From: Nitriliruptoraceae bacterium | Lineage (GTDB): Bacteria > Actinomycetota > Nitriliruptoria > Nitriliruptorales > Nitriliruptoraceae | DNA: 64,000 nucleotides | Reading direction: 5' to 3' | Assembly (NCBI GenBank): GCA_040904745.1 | Contig: JBBDSW010000186.1 | Coordinates: 133-64,132 of the forward strand | Shown here: positions 1-8,310 of the stretch, piece by piece | Layout of the letters: every line of letters starts with the position of its first letter | How positions within the stretch are numbered: the stretch's first letter is position 1 | Program-made: the position numbers and the translations under genes | Notes under the pieces: generated by a model | What the model was told of the DNA's origin: nothing | Database searches by the model: none | The model's input: only the letters and a program-made list of their open reading frames with translations

Positions 1-504
1 GGCGTCAGAAGCGACTACCACGCCGGTACGACCTGGGCGCCGGTCGGCAAGACCCCGGTGGTCAAGTCCACCGGATCCCGACACTCGGTGAACATGATCT
101 CCGCGGTCGCCCCTGATGGCAGTCTGCGGTTCTCGACCTACACCGGCCGGTTCACCTCCACCGAGTTCATCGACTTCTGCAAACGGCTGCTGCACGACGC
201 TGACGGCCCGGTGTTCCTCGTGGTGGACGGCCATCCCACCCACCGCTCGAAGGCCACCAAGCGGTTCGTCGGATCCACCGACGGCCGTCTGCGGCTGTAT
301 CTCCTGCCGGGCTACTCGCCCCAGCTCAACCCCGACGAGTGGGTGTGGACAGGCGTCAAGGCCGCCAAGATCGGCCGCGCTGGTATCACCAGCCAGGACG
401 ACCTGCGGACCAAGGCCATCTCCGCACTCCGACGGCTCCAGAAGATGCCCCACCTCGTACGCGGATTCTTCGGCGATCCCCACCTGGCCTACATCGCCGG
501 ATAG
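1..504 (+). CDS. IS630 family transposase, C-terminal DDE part (5' end outside window)
   Basis: Frame 1 is open from nt 1 (GVRSDYHAGTTWAPVGKTPVV...). DGHPTHRS and LPGYSPQLNPDEWVW are typical of IS630/Tc1-mariner DDE transposases. Stop TAG at 502-504. Confidence 0.85.
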   Translation, partial: GVRSDYHAGTTWAPVGKTPVVKSTGSRHSVNMISAVAPDGSLRFSTYTGRFTSTEFIDFCKRLLHDADGPVFLVVDGHPTHRSKATKRFVGSTDGRLRLYLLPGYSPQLNPDEWVWTGVKAAKIGRAGITSQDDLRTKAISALRRLQKMPHLVRGFFGDPHLAYIAG

Positions 505-520
505 CTGCACTACTTCTGCA

Positions 521-757
521 CGGCTTAGTAACGCGCTGCGCGTGTCGGAAACCTGCGGTGCCGACCTGTCCGACCTGGCGTTGGCCAACGGTCACCGCGT
601 GGTCCGCGTCGTCGGCAAGGGCAACCAACCCGCCTTGATCCCTCTCGCCCCACGCACGGCGCGCGCCATCGACGCCGCGGTCGGTGAACGCACCGACGGA
701 CCCTTGCTCGCCCGGGCCGATGGCAGCCGACTCGACCGGCACGCCGCGTGGGTATGA
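521..757 (+). pseudogene. tyrosine recombinase/phage integrase fragment (catalytic-domain piece, both ends missing)
   Basis: Translation ALRVSETCGADLSDLALANGHRVVRVVGKGNQPALIPLAPRTARAIDAAVGERTDGPLLARADGSRLDRHAAW matches the R...GKGNK core of actinobacterial integrases. There is no N-terminus. It abuts the IS630 end on the left and breaks off at 757. Confidence 0.7.
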
Positions 758-869
758 CAGCCTGATCTGGCCCCGGTTGGGACCACTTTGATGGCTTGAA
801 GTGGCCCCACCCCCGAACCGCCGAAGCTTACGTTGGGTGACGTCACGAGTCGCCGAACGAGGCAGGGAG

Positions 870-1007
870 ATGTCGAGGGTGGAGCTGTTCGAGAAGATAC
901 GGAATGATCATCGTCAGGGCATGTCGGTTCGTGCTCTGGCCGACAAACATGGGGTGCATCCGCGCACGGTGCGTCAGGCGATCACCTCGTCGTTGCCTCC
1001 GCGGCCT
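870..1007 (+). pseudogene. IS21 family transposase (istA) N-terminal HTH fragment
   Basis: MSRVELFEKIRNDHRQGMSVRALADKHGVHPRTVRQAITSSLPPRP is the usual IstA N-terminal HTH. The sequence turns into Arg/Gly-rich nonsense after about 1007, and no DDE domain follows. Confidence 0.65.
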
Positions 1008-1160
1008 TCATCCACCAACGTACGTCGCACAACAGGTGCCGCCAGGCAGGCCGGTCGAAGGTGATGGTGCTCTGGCGACCGGCAACCGCACTGCGGACGG
1101 TCCGTCGGTGGGCCTTGCCCATGCTGGCCGGCACGGAACCGGTCGCTTCCTCGGCGGCTG

Positions 1161-1862
1161 CTACTCCGGGATCTGACCGGTCCGAACAATCTCTTCGGCG
1201 AGCTCGACCAGCTTCTGGTTGCGTTCCTGTGACCGCGTCTTGAGGAGCTCGAAGGCCAGATCTGCGGTCACCCGGGTACGGACCATCACGATCCCCTTCG
1301 CCTGGCCGATGACGTCACGCGACCGGATGGTGGTCTCATGGCCGGCCTCCACCAGTGCGGCCTTCATCGCTGCCGAGGCTTGCGCGGCGAACACCTGCCC
1401 GACCAGCCGCGAGCGGCGGTCGAACGCGTGGGGCTTGCGCGAGTACATGTCGAGTGCACCCAACGAGTCGGCGGTGACGTAGAGCTGGAAGCTGAGCATC
1501 GAACGCACCCCGAGCTCGAGTGCCCGGGCCCGATAGTCCGGCCACCGCTCGTCGGTCTCGAGGTCGTCGATCACGATCGTGCGCTCGTGCTCGATGGCGC
1601 CGAGACACGGCCCCTCACCGGTCGCGTACTGGGCCATGTCGCTGTCGTAGGCGACCTGCGACGACGAGGCGGGCGTGTCGACCACCCCGCCCTTGCCGAT
1701 CAACATCAAGCTGACCCCGTCACAGCCTTCGAGCAGCGCCTCGCCGAGATCAACGATCCGCTGCAGGGTCGTCTGCAACGTGTCCGCGTCCGACAGCTGG
1801 ACCGCGATCCACGCCAGATGCTCGAGCAGCGCATCCTGTGCATCATGCTGGTCCCGCCCCAT
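1161..1862 (-). CDS. GAF and ANTAR domain-containing RNA-binding regulator
   Basis: N-terminal GAF-like region, then a C-terminal ANTAR signature (RSRDVIGQAKGIVMVRTRVTADLAFELLKTRSQERNQKLVELAEEIV). No receiver domain. Confidence 0.85.
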   Translation of the reverse strand: MGRDQHDAQDALLEHLAWIAVQLSDADTLQTTLQRIVDLGEALLEGCDGVSLMLIGKGGVVDTPASSSQVAYDSDMAQYATGEGPCLGAIEHERTIVIDDLETDERWPDYRARALELGVRSMLSFQLYVTADSLGALDMYSRKPHAFDRRSRLVGQVFAAQASAAMKAALVEAGHETTIRSRDVIGQAKGIVMVRTRVTADLAFELLKTRSQERNQKLVELAEEIVRTGQIPE

Positions 1863-2005
1863 GTGCGCATCCCCTCCGACAGCCGCACGCTAGGCGCACC
1901 GACCAGCGACCGGGAGCATTTCCGCACCCCGCTCGCACGAGACGCCTGGCAACGTGACCGAACGGGCGCGACGACGCCGGCGGGTCGGACCGGCAGCCGG
2001 GTACG

Positions 2006-2887
2006 TCAGTCGTCGAGGGGGAGGGTGAGGCAGAACTCGCTGCCGACGTGCTCGGCAGCCTGGACCGTCAGATCGCCTCCGTGAGCGCGTGCCAGCCCGC
2101 GGGAGATGAACAACCCCAGCCCGGCTCCCGGCGCGTCTGTATCCCCGCGGTGGAACTTCTCGAAGATCGCGTCGGTGTCTCCGGGAGCCACCCCCGAGCC
2201 GTGGTTGCGCACGACCACCTCGGCCATCGCACCGGCGATCCGCACCGTGACCTCGATCGCGGCGCCCTTCTCGCTGTACTTGCACGCGTTGGACAGCAGG
2301 TTGAACACGATCTCACGCACGGCCGTTGAATCCGCCGTGATCGTGGGCGACGACTCGACCGTGACCGCCACCGGGTTGTCGGTCATCACGACCGGCCCCA
2401 GGTCGGCGACGGCCTCCTGGACCAGCTCCGCCAGATCGACCGACGCGAGGTCCAGCACGAAGGTGTCCGCCTCGACATCGCGGGAGAGTGTCAAGCGGTT
2501 CACCAGCAACTGGGCCAGCTTGACGTTGCGCTCGACCATCTCCAGGACCTCACGATGCCCGATCTGTGAGGACGCTCCGTCGTTGCGCAGCGCGGTCTGC
2601 ACAGCCATCTCGATGATCGACAGCGGGGTCGCCAACTCATGGGCGATGACCGCAGCGAACTCCTCCAACAGCGAGTCTGCATCCCCGAACCCGCGCTGAT
2701 CTGCATCGATGCCTGGCGAAACATGCTGGCCGTCCACGTGGGCCACCCTCCGGCCGACCATGGACCCTGTCTCGTCAAGGCACATCCAGCTTAGGACAGA
2801 TCCCGGTTCGATGACGCCTGACAGAGAGGGGGTGATCGCGGGCTCTTCATGTCGTCTCGACCTCTGCGGGTGAACGACCGGGACCAC
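2006..2887 (-). CDS. histidine kinase (soluble, HisKA + HATPase_c, very short N-terminus)
   Basis: H-box IAHELATPLSIIEMAV. N/G boxes FNLLSNACKYS, VRNHGSGVAPGD and GAGLGLFISRGLARAHGG. No TM segment or recognisable sensor domain. Confidence 0.8.
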   Translation of the reverse strand: MVPVVHPQRSRRHEEPAITPSLSGVIEPGSVLSWMCLDETGSMVGRRVAHVDGQHVSPGIDADQRGFGDADSLLEEFAAVIAHELATPLSIIEMAVQTALRNDGASSQIGHREVLEMVERNVKLAQLLVNRLTLSRDVEADTFVLDLASVDLAELVQEAVADLGPVVMTDNPVAVTVESSPTITADSTAVREIVFNLLSNACKYSEKGAAIEVTVRIAGAMAEVVVRNHGSGVAPGDTDAIFEKFHRGDTDAPGAGLGLFISRGLARAHGGDLTVQAAEHVGSEFCLTLPLDD

Positions 2888-3246
2888 CCCGCAGCGTCAT
2901 GGCCCCCACCCGCAGGGCCACACCGACCAGCCAGGCGACAACAGCAGCTGCAAGGTTCGGGAAGGGGCACGGTTCCAGCCCACTTCGATTCACCCGGCGT
3001 TCCCCGCGGTCGCTGCCAACCGCAGCCCTGCGGGGTCGGGTGTCCCGGGGGAATCGCACCCTCGGGCTCCCACAGACCTGTGCGTGAACCTCGGACCGCT
3101 ATCCCGTATTGGGGTTAGCGGTCCTCGCGGCGAAGGACCGACCTGCAGCCGTATCGGGCTGCGCTCCGTCACCGTGACTTCGGGCGGGCACCCCGATTGG
3201 TGGATCCGCCCATAGTCTCGGCCCCGCGGCAGAGGGAGGCAAAGGG

Positions 3247-3613
3247 TTGGGCTTGCGGGAGCGAGACGTCGTCGACCACTTCCGCCATTGGCTCGAGGCT
3301 GATGGCTGGCACGTCCCGCGTCGACCTCGAGGTCGAGTGGGTGGACATCATTGCCACTCGCAACGAAGAGACCCTCGTCGCCGAGGCCAAGGGACCGACA
3401 TCTTCCGCGGGACTCGATGTCGACACGGCGTTCGGCCAGTTACTCCGGCGGATGCGTGATGACGACTCGACGGCCTACGCCATCGTCGTCCCGCGCGGGG
3501 CGGTGCGGGCCGCACTCCGCGTGCCGAAACATGTACTAGCCATGCTCAGAACCTCGGTCTTCTCCGTAGATGACGACGGCACCGTTCGGCTGGAAGGTGG
3601 CGTAGCGCTATAG
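3247..3613 (+). pseudogene. PD-(D/E)xK nuclease-fold-like protein, disrupted by a +1 frameshift near 3315-3317
   Basis: TTG start at 3247 lies 7 nt after GGGAGG. Frame 1 gives GLRERDVVDHFRHWLEADGWHV and then junk. Frame 2 continues RVDLEVEWVDIIATRNEETLVAEAKG...GLDVDTAFGQLLRRM to the stop at 3613. Removing one C of the CCC run joins both parts in frame. Confidence 0.6.
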
Positions 3614-3717
3614 GGCGACGTGAACCGTGACTTCGTGCGCATGTGTCAGATGGATGCGGCGCACAAATTCGACCGCACGAAGGATTAGGATGCTTGCGAC
3701 GGATCATGGGAGGCTCG

Positions 3718-4335
3718 ATGGAGATGGTTGCGCGAATCCGGGCGCACCTTGACACGGACAGGGCGGTGTCACATCTGAAGCATTACCTGAGGCCAGGCGC
3801 GTTCTCGGGTTCCAGCTTCGAGACCATCGGAGGGCGTGGCGATGCCTCAGATGTTGCCAACCATTTCACGCCTGCAGATCTCGTTGCGGTGACGACCCTC
3901 GGTGTCCGGGTATCGGGCTGGGGCGCGATCGAGCTTCTCGAGGCGAATGCGCAACGTTTCTCGAACCTGCTCGGTGCGGTTCCGCACGGGCCATTGCATG
4001 AGGCAGAAGTCGCTGACCTTGAACCCCTCTGGAACCTGCAGGACGAACTGACAAATGTCGTCAGTGTCGGCCACGTCACTCGGTCGAAGCTGCTGGCTCG
4101 CAAGCGGCCACACCTGGCTCCGATCCGTGACCAGCACGTCCTAACGGCCCTCGTTGGCCAGGATGGAGGGAACTTCACCCTGCCACTACGCGATGCGTTG
4201 CAAACTGAGGGCATCGTTGACCACCTGCAGGAGCTTCGGGCTGAGGTGGACGGCGCTCAGCAGCTATCCATCCTTCGGGTGTTGGACATCATCGTGTGGA
4301 TGGAAACTTACGGAGCGTCGTCAGTCGCCCGGTGA
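3718..4335 (+). CDS. DUF6308-like hypothetical protein
   Basis: ORF is open from 3643. ATG 3718 lies 4 nt after GGGAGG. Motifs FTPADLVAVTTLGV, VGHVTRSKLLARKRPHLAPIRD and LSILRVLDIIVWM match my recollection of the actinobacterial DUF6308 family. Confidence 0.65.
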   Translation: MEMVARIRAHLDTDRAVSHLKHYLRPGAFSGSSFETIGGRGDASDVANHFTPADLVAVTTLGVRVSGWGAIELLEANAQRFSNLLGAVPHGPLHEAEVADLEPLWNLQDELTNVVSVGHVTRSKLLARKRPHLAPIRDQHVLTALVGQDGGNFTLPLRDALQTEGIVDHLQELRAEVDGAQQLSILRVLDIIVWMETYGASSVAR

Positions 4336-4592
4336 CTGTCCCCGGAGCACCGTCGATTTGTGCCGACCAAGCAGCTGCCGGAAGAGCACGACCGCCCGCA
4401 CGCTGATGGACCCGCTGCAACTGCTGCGCACCTCCGCGACGTTGCTGGCTCTCGACTCCATGCTGAGGCCATCGAGGTCAAGGCCCCAAGAATCACCTAG
4501 ACGTGGCCCCGCAAATCGATCCATCGCGCTATCGACAACCGTGACGATGCGCGGGTCATGTCTGCACGGCGTACGCACGTAACCCGTAGTTG

Positions 4593-4937
4593 TTACGCCG
4601 AAGAGACCTCTTCGAGGGGGATCGCGCCAATTCCGGCCAACATCTGTTGAAGCCCAGCGTCGTCGATTGGATCGAAGGTGAAGAACCGCTCAAGCTCGGA
4701 GATCTCCTGGAGTACGGGCCTCAGACCGGCCTCGGTGACAGCCGTCTCGTAGTCGATGAGAGCCTGAGACGACTCGAAGACTTCATACATGTAGAACACT
4801 CCGGCTTCACGGTTGCCGTGAACCTCCCAGGTCAACACCCCATCGAGCCGGCCGGCAATGCTCCTGACTTGCTGTACGGCTTCGGTCAGCCGGTCGTAGT
4901 CGTGAACCTTGATGGTCGCCACAGTTCGGATTGGCAT
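4593..4937 (-). CDS. antibiotic-biosynthesis-monooxygenase (ABM)-like small protein
   Basis: MPIRTVATIKVHDYDRLTEAVQQV...WEVHGNREAGVFYMYEVFESSQALIDY has the ferredoxin-like ABM pattern. ORF is open to 5036, but the ABM domain begins at ATG 4937. Confidence 0.55.
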   Translation of the reverse strand: MPIRTVATIKVHDYDRLTEAVQQVRSIAGRLDGVLTWEVHGNREAGVFYMYEVFESSQALIDYETAVTEAGLRPVLQEISELERFFTFDPIDDAGLQQMLAGIGAIPLEEVSSA

Positions 4938-5258
4938 GCGAATCCCCTTCTTGTCGCCGCGAGCGCAACTATCACACATGAGGGTGTCACCGGCTCGGCC
5001 GTGGACAAACGGCGACCCGGCCTGGCGGACTGGCAACTATGTGCGGGATCTGGGCTTCCCCCGCATCGTTCCGGGGCGCGCAGAACGGGGACTCTCGGGC
5101 GCTCAAGTTGCCCGCCTCGGGACAGGGACAACACCCGTGTGTTCCACCCCCTGGACGTATGGTCGCCAGGTCGTCATCGGTGAGCGTGCGACTGCCGGGT
5201 CGCGAGGAAGACGTAGGGTTCCGCCGGGTGCAGGTGCGGCCGATCCGGCAGTCATTGG

Positions 5259-5573
5259 TCAGTCCCGATCACAGCCCAGAGCAAGGGCGGTCGCTACGCA
5301 GACCTCGTCGAGGGTTTCGCCGTCCAAGGACCCGAGTCGCTGCGTGAGACGCTGCTGCGACACGGTGTGCAAGCCGTCGCAGTTGATCACGGAGGGATGG
5401 CGGATCCCCGTGTCGGTGTCGATCGGGACTTCGACGGCCAGACCGCGCGCCTGGGTGGTGACCTCGGCCACGGTCACGTTGGTGCGTACGTCGAGCACCG
5501 CGTCGCGTGTGATGACCAGGACCGGGCGTGGCTTACGACCGAGGTCGGCGAGCCAGACCTCGCCACGTCTCAT
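5259..5573 (-). CDS. mazF: type II toxin, MazF/PemK family endoribonuclease
   Basis: MRRGEVWLADLG...PVLVITRD...VTVAEVTT...INCDGLHTVSQQRL is the PemK/MazF pattern. The start overlaps the upstream antitoxin stop (ATGA). Confidence 0.8.
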   Translation of the reverse strand: MRRGEVWLADLGRKPRPVLVITRDAVLDVRTNVTVAEVTTQARGLAVEVPIDTDTGIRHPSVINCDGLHTVSQQRLTQRLGSLDGETLDEVCVATALALGCDRD

Positions 5574-5770
5574 GGTCGGCCCCAAGCCTCAGCGTCGTCC
5601 CACTCGGCGCCCTCGTCTTCGGGGAGAGCCAGGTAGGCCGCACGATCTCGCTCGGCGCGACGACGGCGGATGGCCTGACGGAGCCCTTGGCGGGCCGCCT
5701 CAGAGACGTTGATGCCGAGCTCACGGGCTTCGGCCGCGAGCCTGTCATCGAGGATCACCGAGGTACGCAT
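5570..5770 (-). CDS. type II antitoxin (ribbon-helix-helix/MazE-like)
   Basis: 66 aa. MRTSVILDDRLAAEARELGINVSEAARQGL is an RHH-like N-terminus, followed by an acidic C-terminal tail. 4-nt overlap with the toxin gene. Confidence 0.75.
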   Translation of the reverse strand: MRTSVILDDRLAAEARELGINVSEAARQGLRQAIRRRRAERDRAAYLALPEDEGAEWDDAEAWGRP

Positions 5771-5782
5771 GCCCTGATGGTA

Positions 5783-6200
5783 TCACCGGACTGCATACTT
5801 CCGTGCTGCACCGAGCAGGTTGGGGGCGCCGATCGTGCGCACGTCCGTCGAGAAGCGCCGGCTCGAGCCGCTCGATCGACGGGAGGTCGAGGTGGTTGGT
5901 GACGGATCCATGTCGTCGAGATCGAGGTCGAGGCGGCGGCGCAGGCGCTCGGCGACGCCGTCGGATCGCCACGCGAAGGCGCGGATGTCGTCGGTCAGCT
6001 CGCCGATGTCCTGCGGTACGAGTCTGGGCGGCTGTGATGCTTGCACGTCGACGTGGCCCGAAGTCGGTGCGAGTTCACCGGCCAGCAGGTGCAGCAGGGT
6101 CGACTTCCCTGCGCCGTTCGCCGCCGCCACTCCGCGTCTCCCAGCTCCCCGCCCGACCAGCCCCTGCAGCCGTGCCGACGAGCTCGGGGTCATACCCACC
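5783..6200 (-). pseudogene. ABC ATPase remnant (Walker A retained, downstream motifs split over frames)
   Basis: One frame gives AANGAGKSTLLHLLAGELAPTSGHV. Another frame gives NHLDLPSIERLEPALLDGRAHDR (Walker B/D-loop and SHDR-like). No single frame spans a complete ATPase domain. Confidence 0.5.
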
Positions 6201-6645
6201 GGGGCGGGCACGGCACCGGTGGTCGGTGCCGTGCCGCCAGGTCGATGATCACCTCGAGGTCGCGGCGCTGCTCCACTCCCTGGTCCGCAACCACGCCCTC
6301 GTGGACGGCAGCGGACGTCTCGCCTGGCTCGCCACCCGCCCGAACTGACCGGGATGGCGGTTCTGCGCGCCGCCTCACTCAGCCGAACCCGCGCATGGTC
6401 ACGGTCGTCCGCACGGCCGAGCACGATGCGCTCGACGACACCCGATCCGTGAGGCCATCGGCGCCAGCGATAGCGTCACCTGCGGGCGAGGTCCATGCGC
6501 AGGTACTCGTCGATCCGAAGGAAGCCTGGTGGCCGCTTCACCCCCTCACCGATGGCCCGCCATGCTTCCTGGTCGGAGATCAGCCGCGGCGCAGCTCCGC
6601 GGTCCTCGGACCCGTCGCGGACAGGTAGGGATCTCGCCGGTGGTA

Positions 6646-8037
6646 TCAGCCGGTGTCTGCGATGGGGACCGTGTACGTCACGGTCGTGCCCTGCCCTGGC
6701 GTGCTCGCGATGTCGATGGTCCCCCCCTGACCCTCGACGAGTTCCTTGGTGATGTAGAGGCCGAGGCCGGTTCCACTGACCTTCTCGGACTCGCCACCGT
6801 CGAGGCGGACGAACGGCTCGAACAGCCTGTCCAGCTCATGGGTGGCGATGCCGCGGCCATGGTCGCGGACGTGGACCAGCAGGCGGTCCGCGCGGCGTTC
6901 GATCCGTACGGAGATCGGTGTGCCGGCCCCCGAGAACTTCGCGGCGTTGGAGAGCAGGTTGTGCAGTACCTGCATCTGACGGTCGCTGTCGGCGAGGGCC
7001 GGCGGCAGGTCCGGCTCTGCGGAGACATCGACGGCCCGTGCCGTGCTCTGGCGGATCTCGGTCGCAACCTGGGTGACCACGGCACGAAGGTCGACGGGTG
7101 CGAGGGCGTAGCGGAACCCATCCGAGTCGAGTTGCGCGACGCTGAGGATGTCATCCAGGAGACGTTCGATGCGTTCGGTGTTGAGCATGATCGTGGCCAG
7201 GAAGTCCGCCACCCGCGCCGGAGAGAGCTCGGCCATGCGTTGCTGCAGCAACTCGGTCAGGCCCGAGATCACCGTGGTCGGTGTGCGGATGTCGTGGGCG
7301 ACCATCGCGGTGAACTCTCGTCGGGCTTGGGTCCGGTTCGCGGCGTCTTGCAGCGCCCGCCGGAGCGCATCCCGCTCGCGGCGCACCGCCTGGTGGTCCA
7401 TGGCACGCGCCACGACCTCTTGGTGCAGCACCTCGGCGAGGTGCGCCCGTCCAGCGTGCACGTCGGACCGGAGCAGATCGCCGTGGACGATCCCCGTATG
7501 GGCACCACAGACCTTCTGCAGGGCCTGGGCATCGGCATCCTGTTCGCCGAACAACTCCGTCGGGTAGGCACACAACAGGACGAAGGACCGGTCCCGGGCG
7601 AGTTCGTCGACCAACTCCTCGACATGCATCGCCGTGGCCACCTCGCCGCGCTCCCACAGTCGGCCGGCGAACTCCGCGTAGACACGGACGTGGCGGCCCG
7701 CATCGAGGTGCTCGTCGAGCGCGCCGCCCACCGTCGCCCGGAACCGGCCCCGATCCGCCGCACCGCCCCGCAGGAAGGACTCCAGCATCGCATCGACATC
7801 CAGGAACACGCACCGGTCGGACTCCGGGTCGAACCCAGCCTCTGTCAGCGCAGCGACGATGCCCGCGTGGTGGTCCGGCGTCCCGACCACGACCGCCGTA
7901 CCGTCGGTATCGCGCAACGCCGGTGTGACGAAGTCCACGACGTTGGCCACCAGATCGGCCCGGGTTGCGAAGAGCCCGGCAAGGTGCGCGTACGGTCCAG
8001 CTGAGACGTGCGCGCCGGGATCCGCTCTCGTGGACAT
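6646..8037 (-). CDS. MEDS-domain sensor histidine kinase
   Basis: N-terminal MEDS-like region (HLAGLFATRADLVANVVDFV...RVYAEFAGRLW...FVLLCAYP). H-box FTAMVAHDIRTPTTVI. HATPase_c motifs LSNAAKFS, DHGRGI and GTGLGLYITKELV. Alternative TTG start at 8076. Confidence 0.8.
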   Translation of the reverse strand: MSTRADPGAHVSAGPYAHLAGLFATRADLVANVVDFVTPALRDTDGTAVVVGTPDHHAGIVAALTEAGFDPESDRCVFLDVDAMLESFLRGGAADRGRFRATVGGALDEHLDAGRHVRVYAEFAGRLWERGEVATAMHVEELVDELARDRSFVLLCAYPTELFGEQDADAQALQKVCGAHTGIVHGDLLRSDVHAGRAHLAEVLHQEVVARAMDHQAVRRERDALRRALQDAANRTQARREFTAMVAHDIRTPTTVISGLTELLQQRMAELSPARVADFLATIMLNTERIERLLDDILSVAQLDSDGFRYALAPVDLRAVVTQVATEIRQSTARAVDVSAEPDLPPALADSDRQMQVLHNLLSNAAKFSGAGTPISVRIERRADRLLVHVRDHGRGIATHELDRLFEPFVRLDGGESEKVSGTGLGLYITKELVEGQGGTIDIASTPGQGTTVTYTVPIADTG

Positions 8038-8310
8038 GTGGGTACTCGCCCCCAAACGGGGATCGATCTGCCCCAACCCGATCGGCCCGGACCCTCACCC
8101 TACCTCGGCCGAGCTCCCCGATAGGGCCGAAGCCCCTACGCCGCCCGGATCGGCGGCGGATGTGATGCTGCGTCGTCTCTTCACGTGCTCGGCGGAGCGT
8201 TACCGACCGTCGCGCATGCCTGTGCAGGTGCAGCTTCGCCGACGTGGACCGCATCGTGGCCGGCCCCGGGCAGCTCCAACACGGCCGTCGGCGACACGCT
8301 CGCGTCGGCC

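Noticed and set aside
2847-3059. Possible TM-helix-encoding frame (LAAAVVAWLVGVALRVGA) just upstream of the soluble kinase, suggesting a frameshifted membrane anchor
   Set aside because: There is only one hydrophobic stretch, in an otherwise Arg-rich frame with no supporting start or RBS. It cannot be distinguished from chance.
4321-4578. 85-aa minus-strand ORF in the gap between the DUF6308-like and ABM genes
   Set aside because: Third-position GC is moderately high, but there is no RBS, no recognisable motif, and it overlaps the DUF6308-like gene end. Evidence is insufficient to call it.
6529-8004. 491-aa plus-strand ORF
   Set aside because: It is entirely antisense to the MEDS kinase gene, whose translation has clear domain motifs. 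This ORF is Arg/Gly/Asp/Pro-rich with no motif. It is a typical shadow ORF of high-GC DNA.
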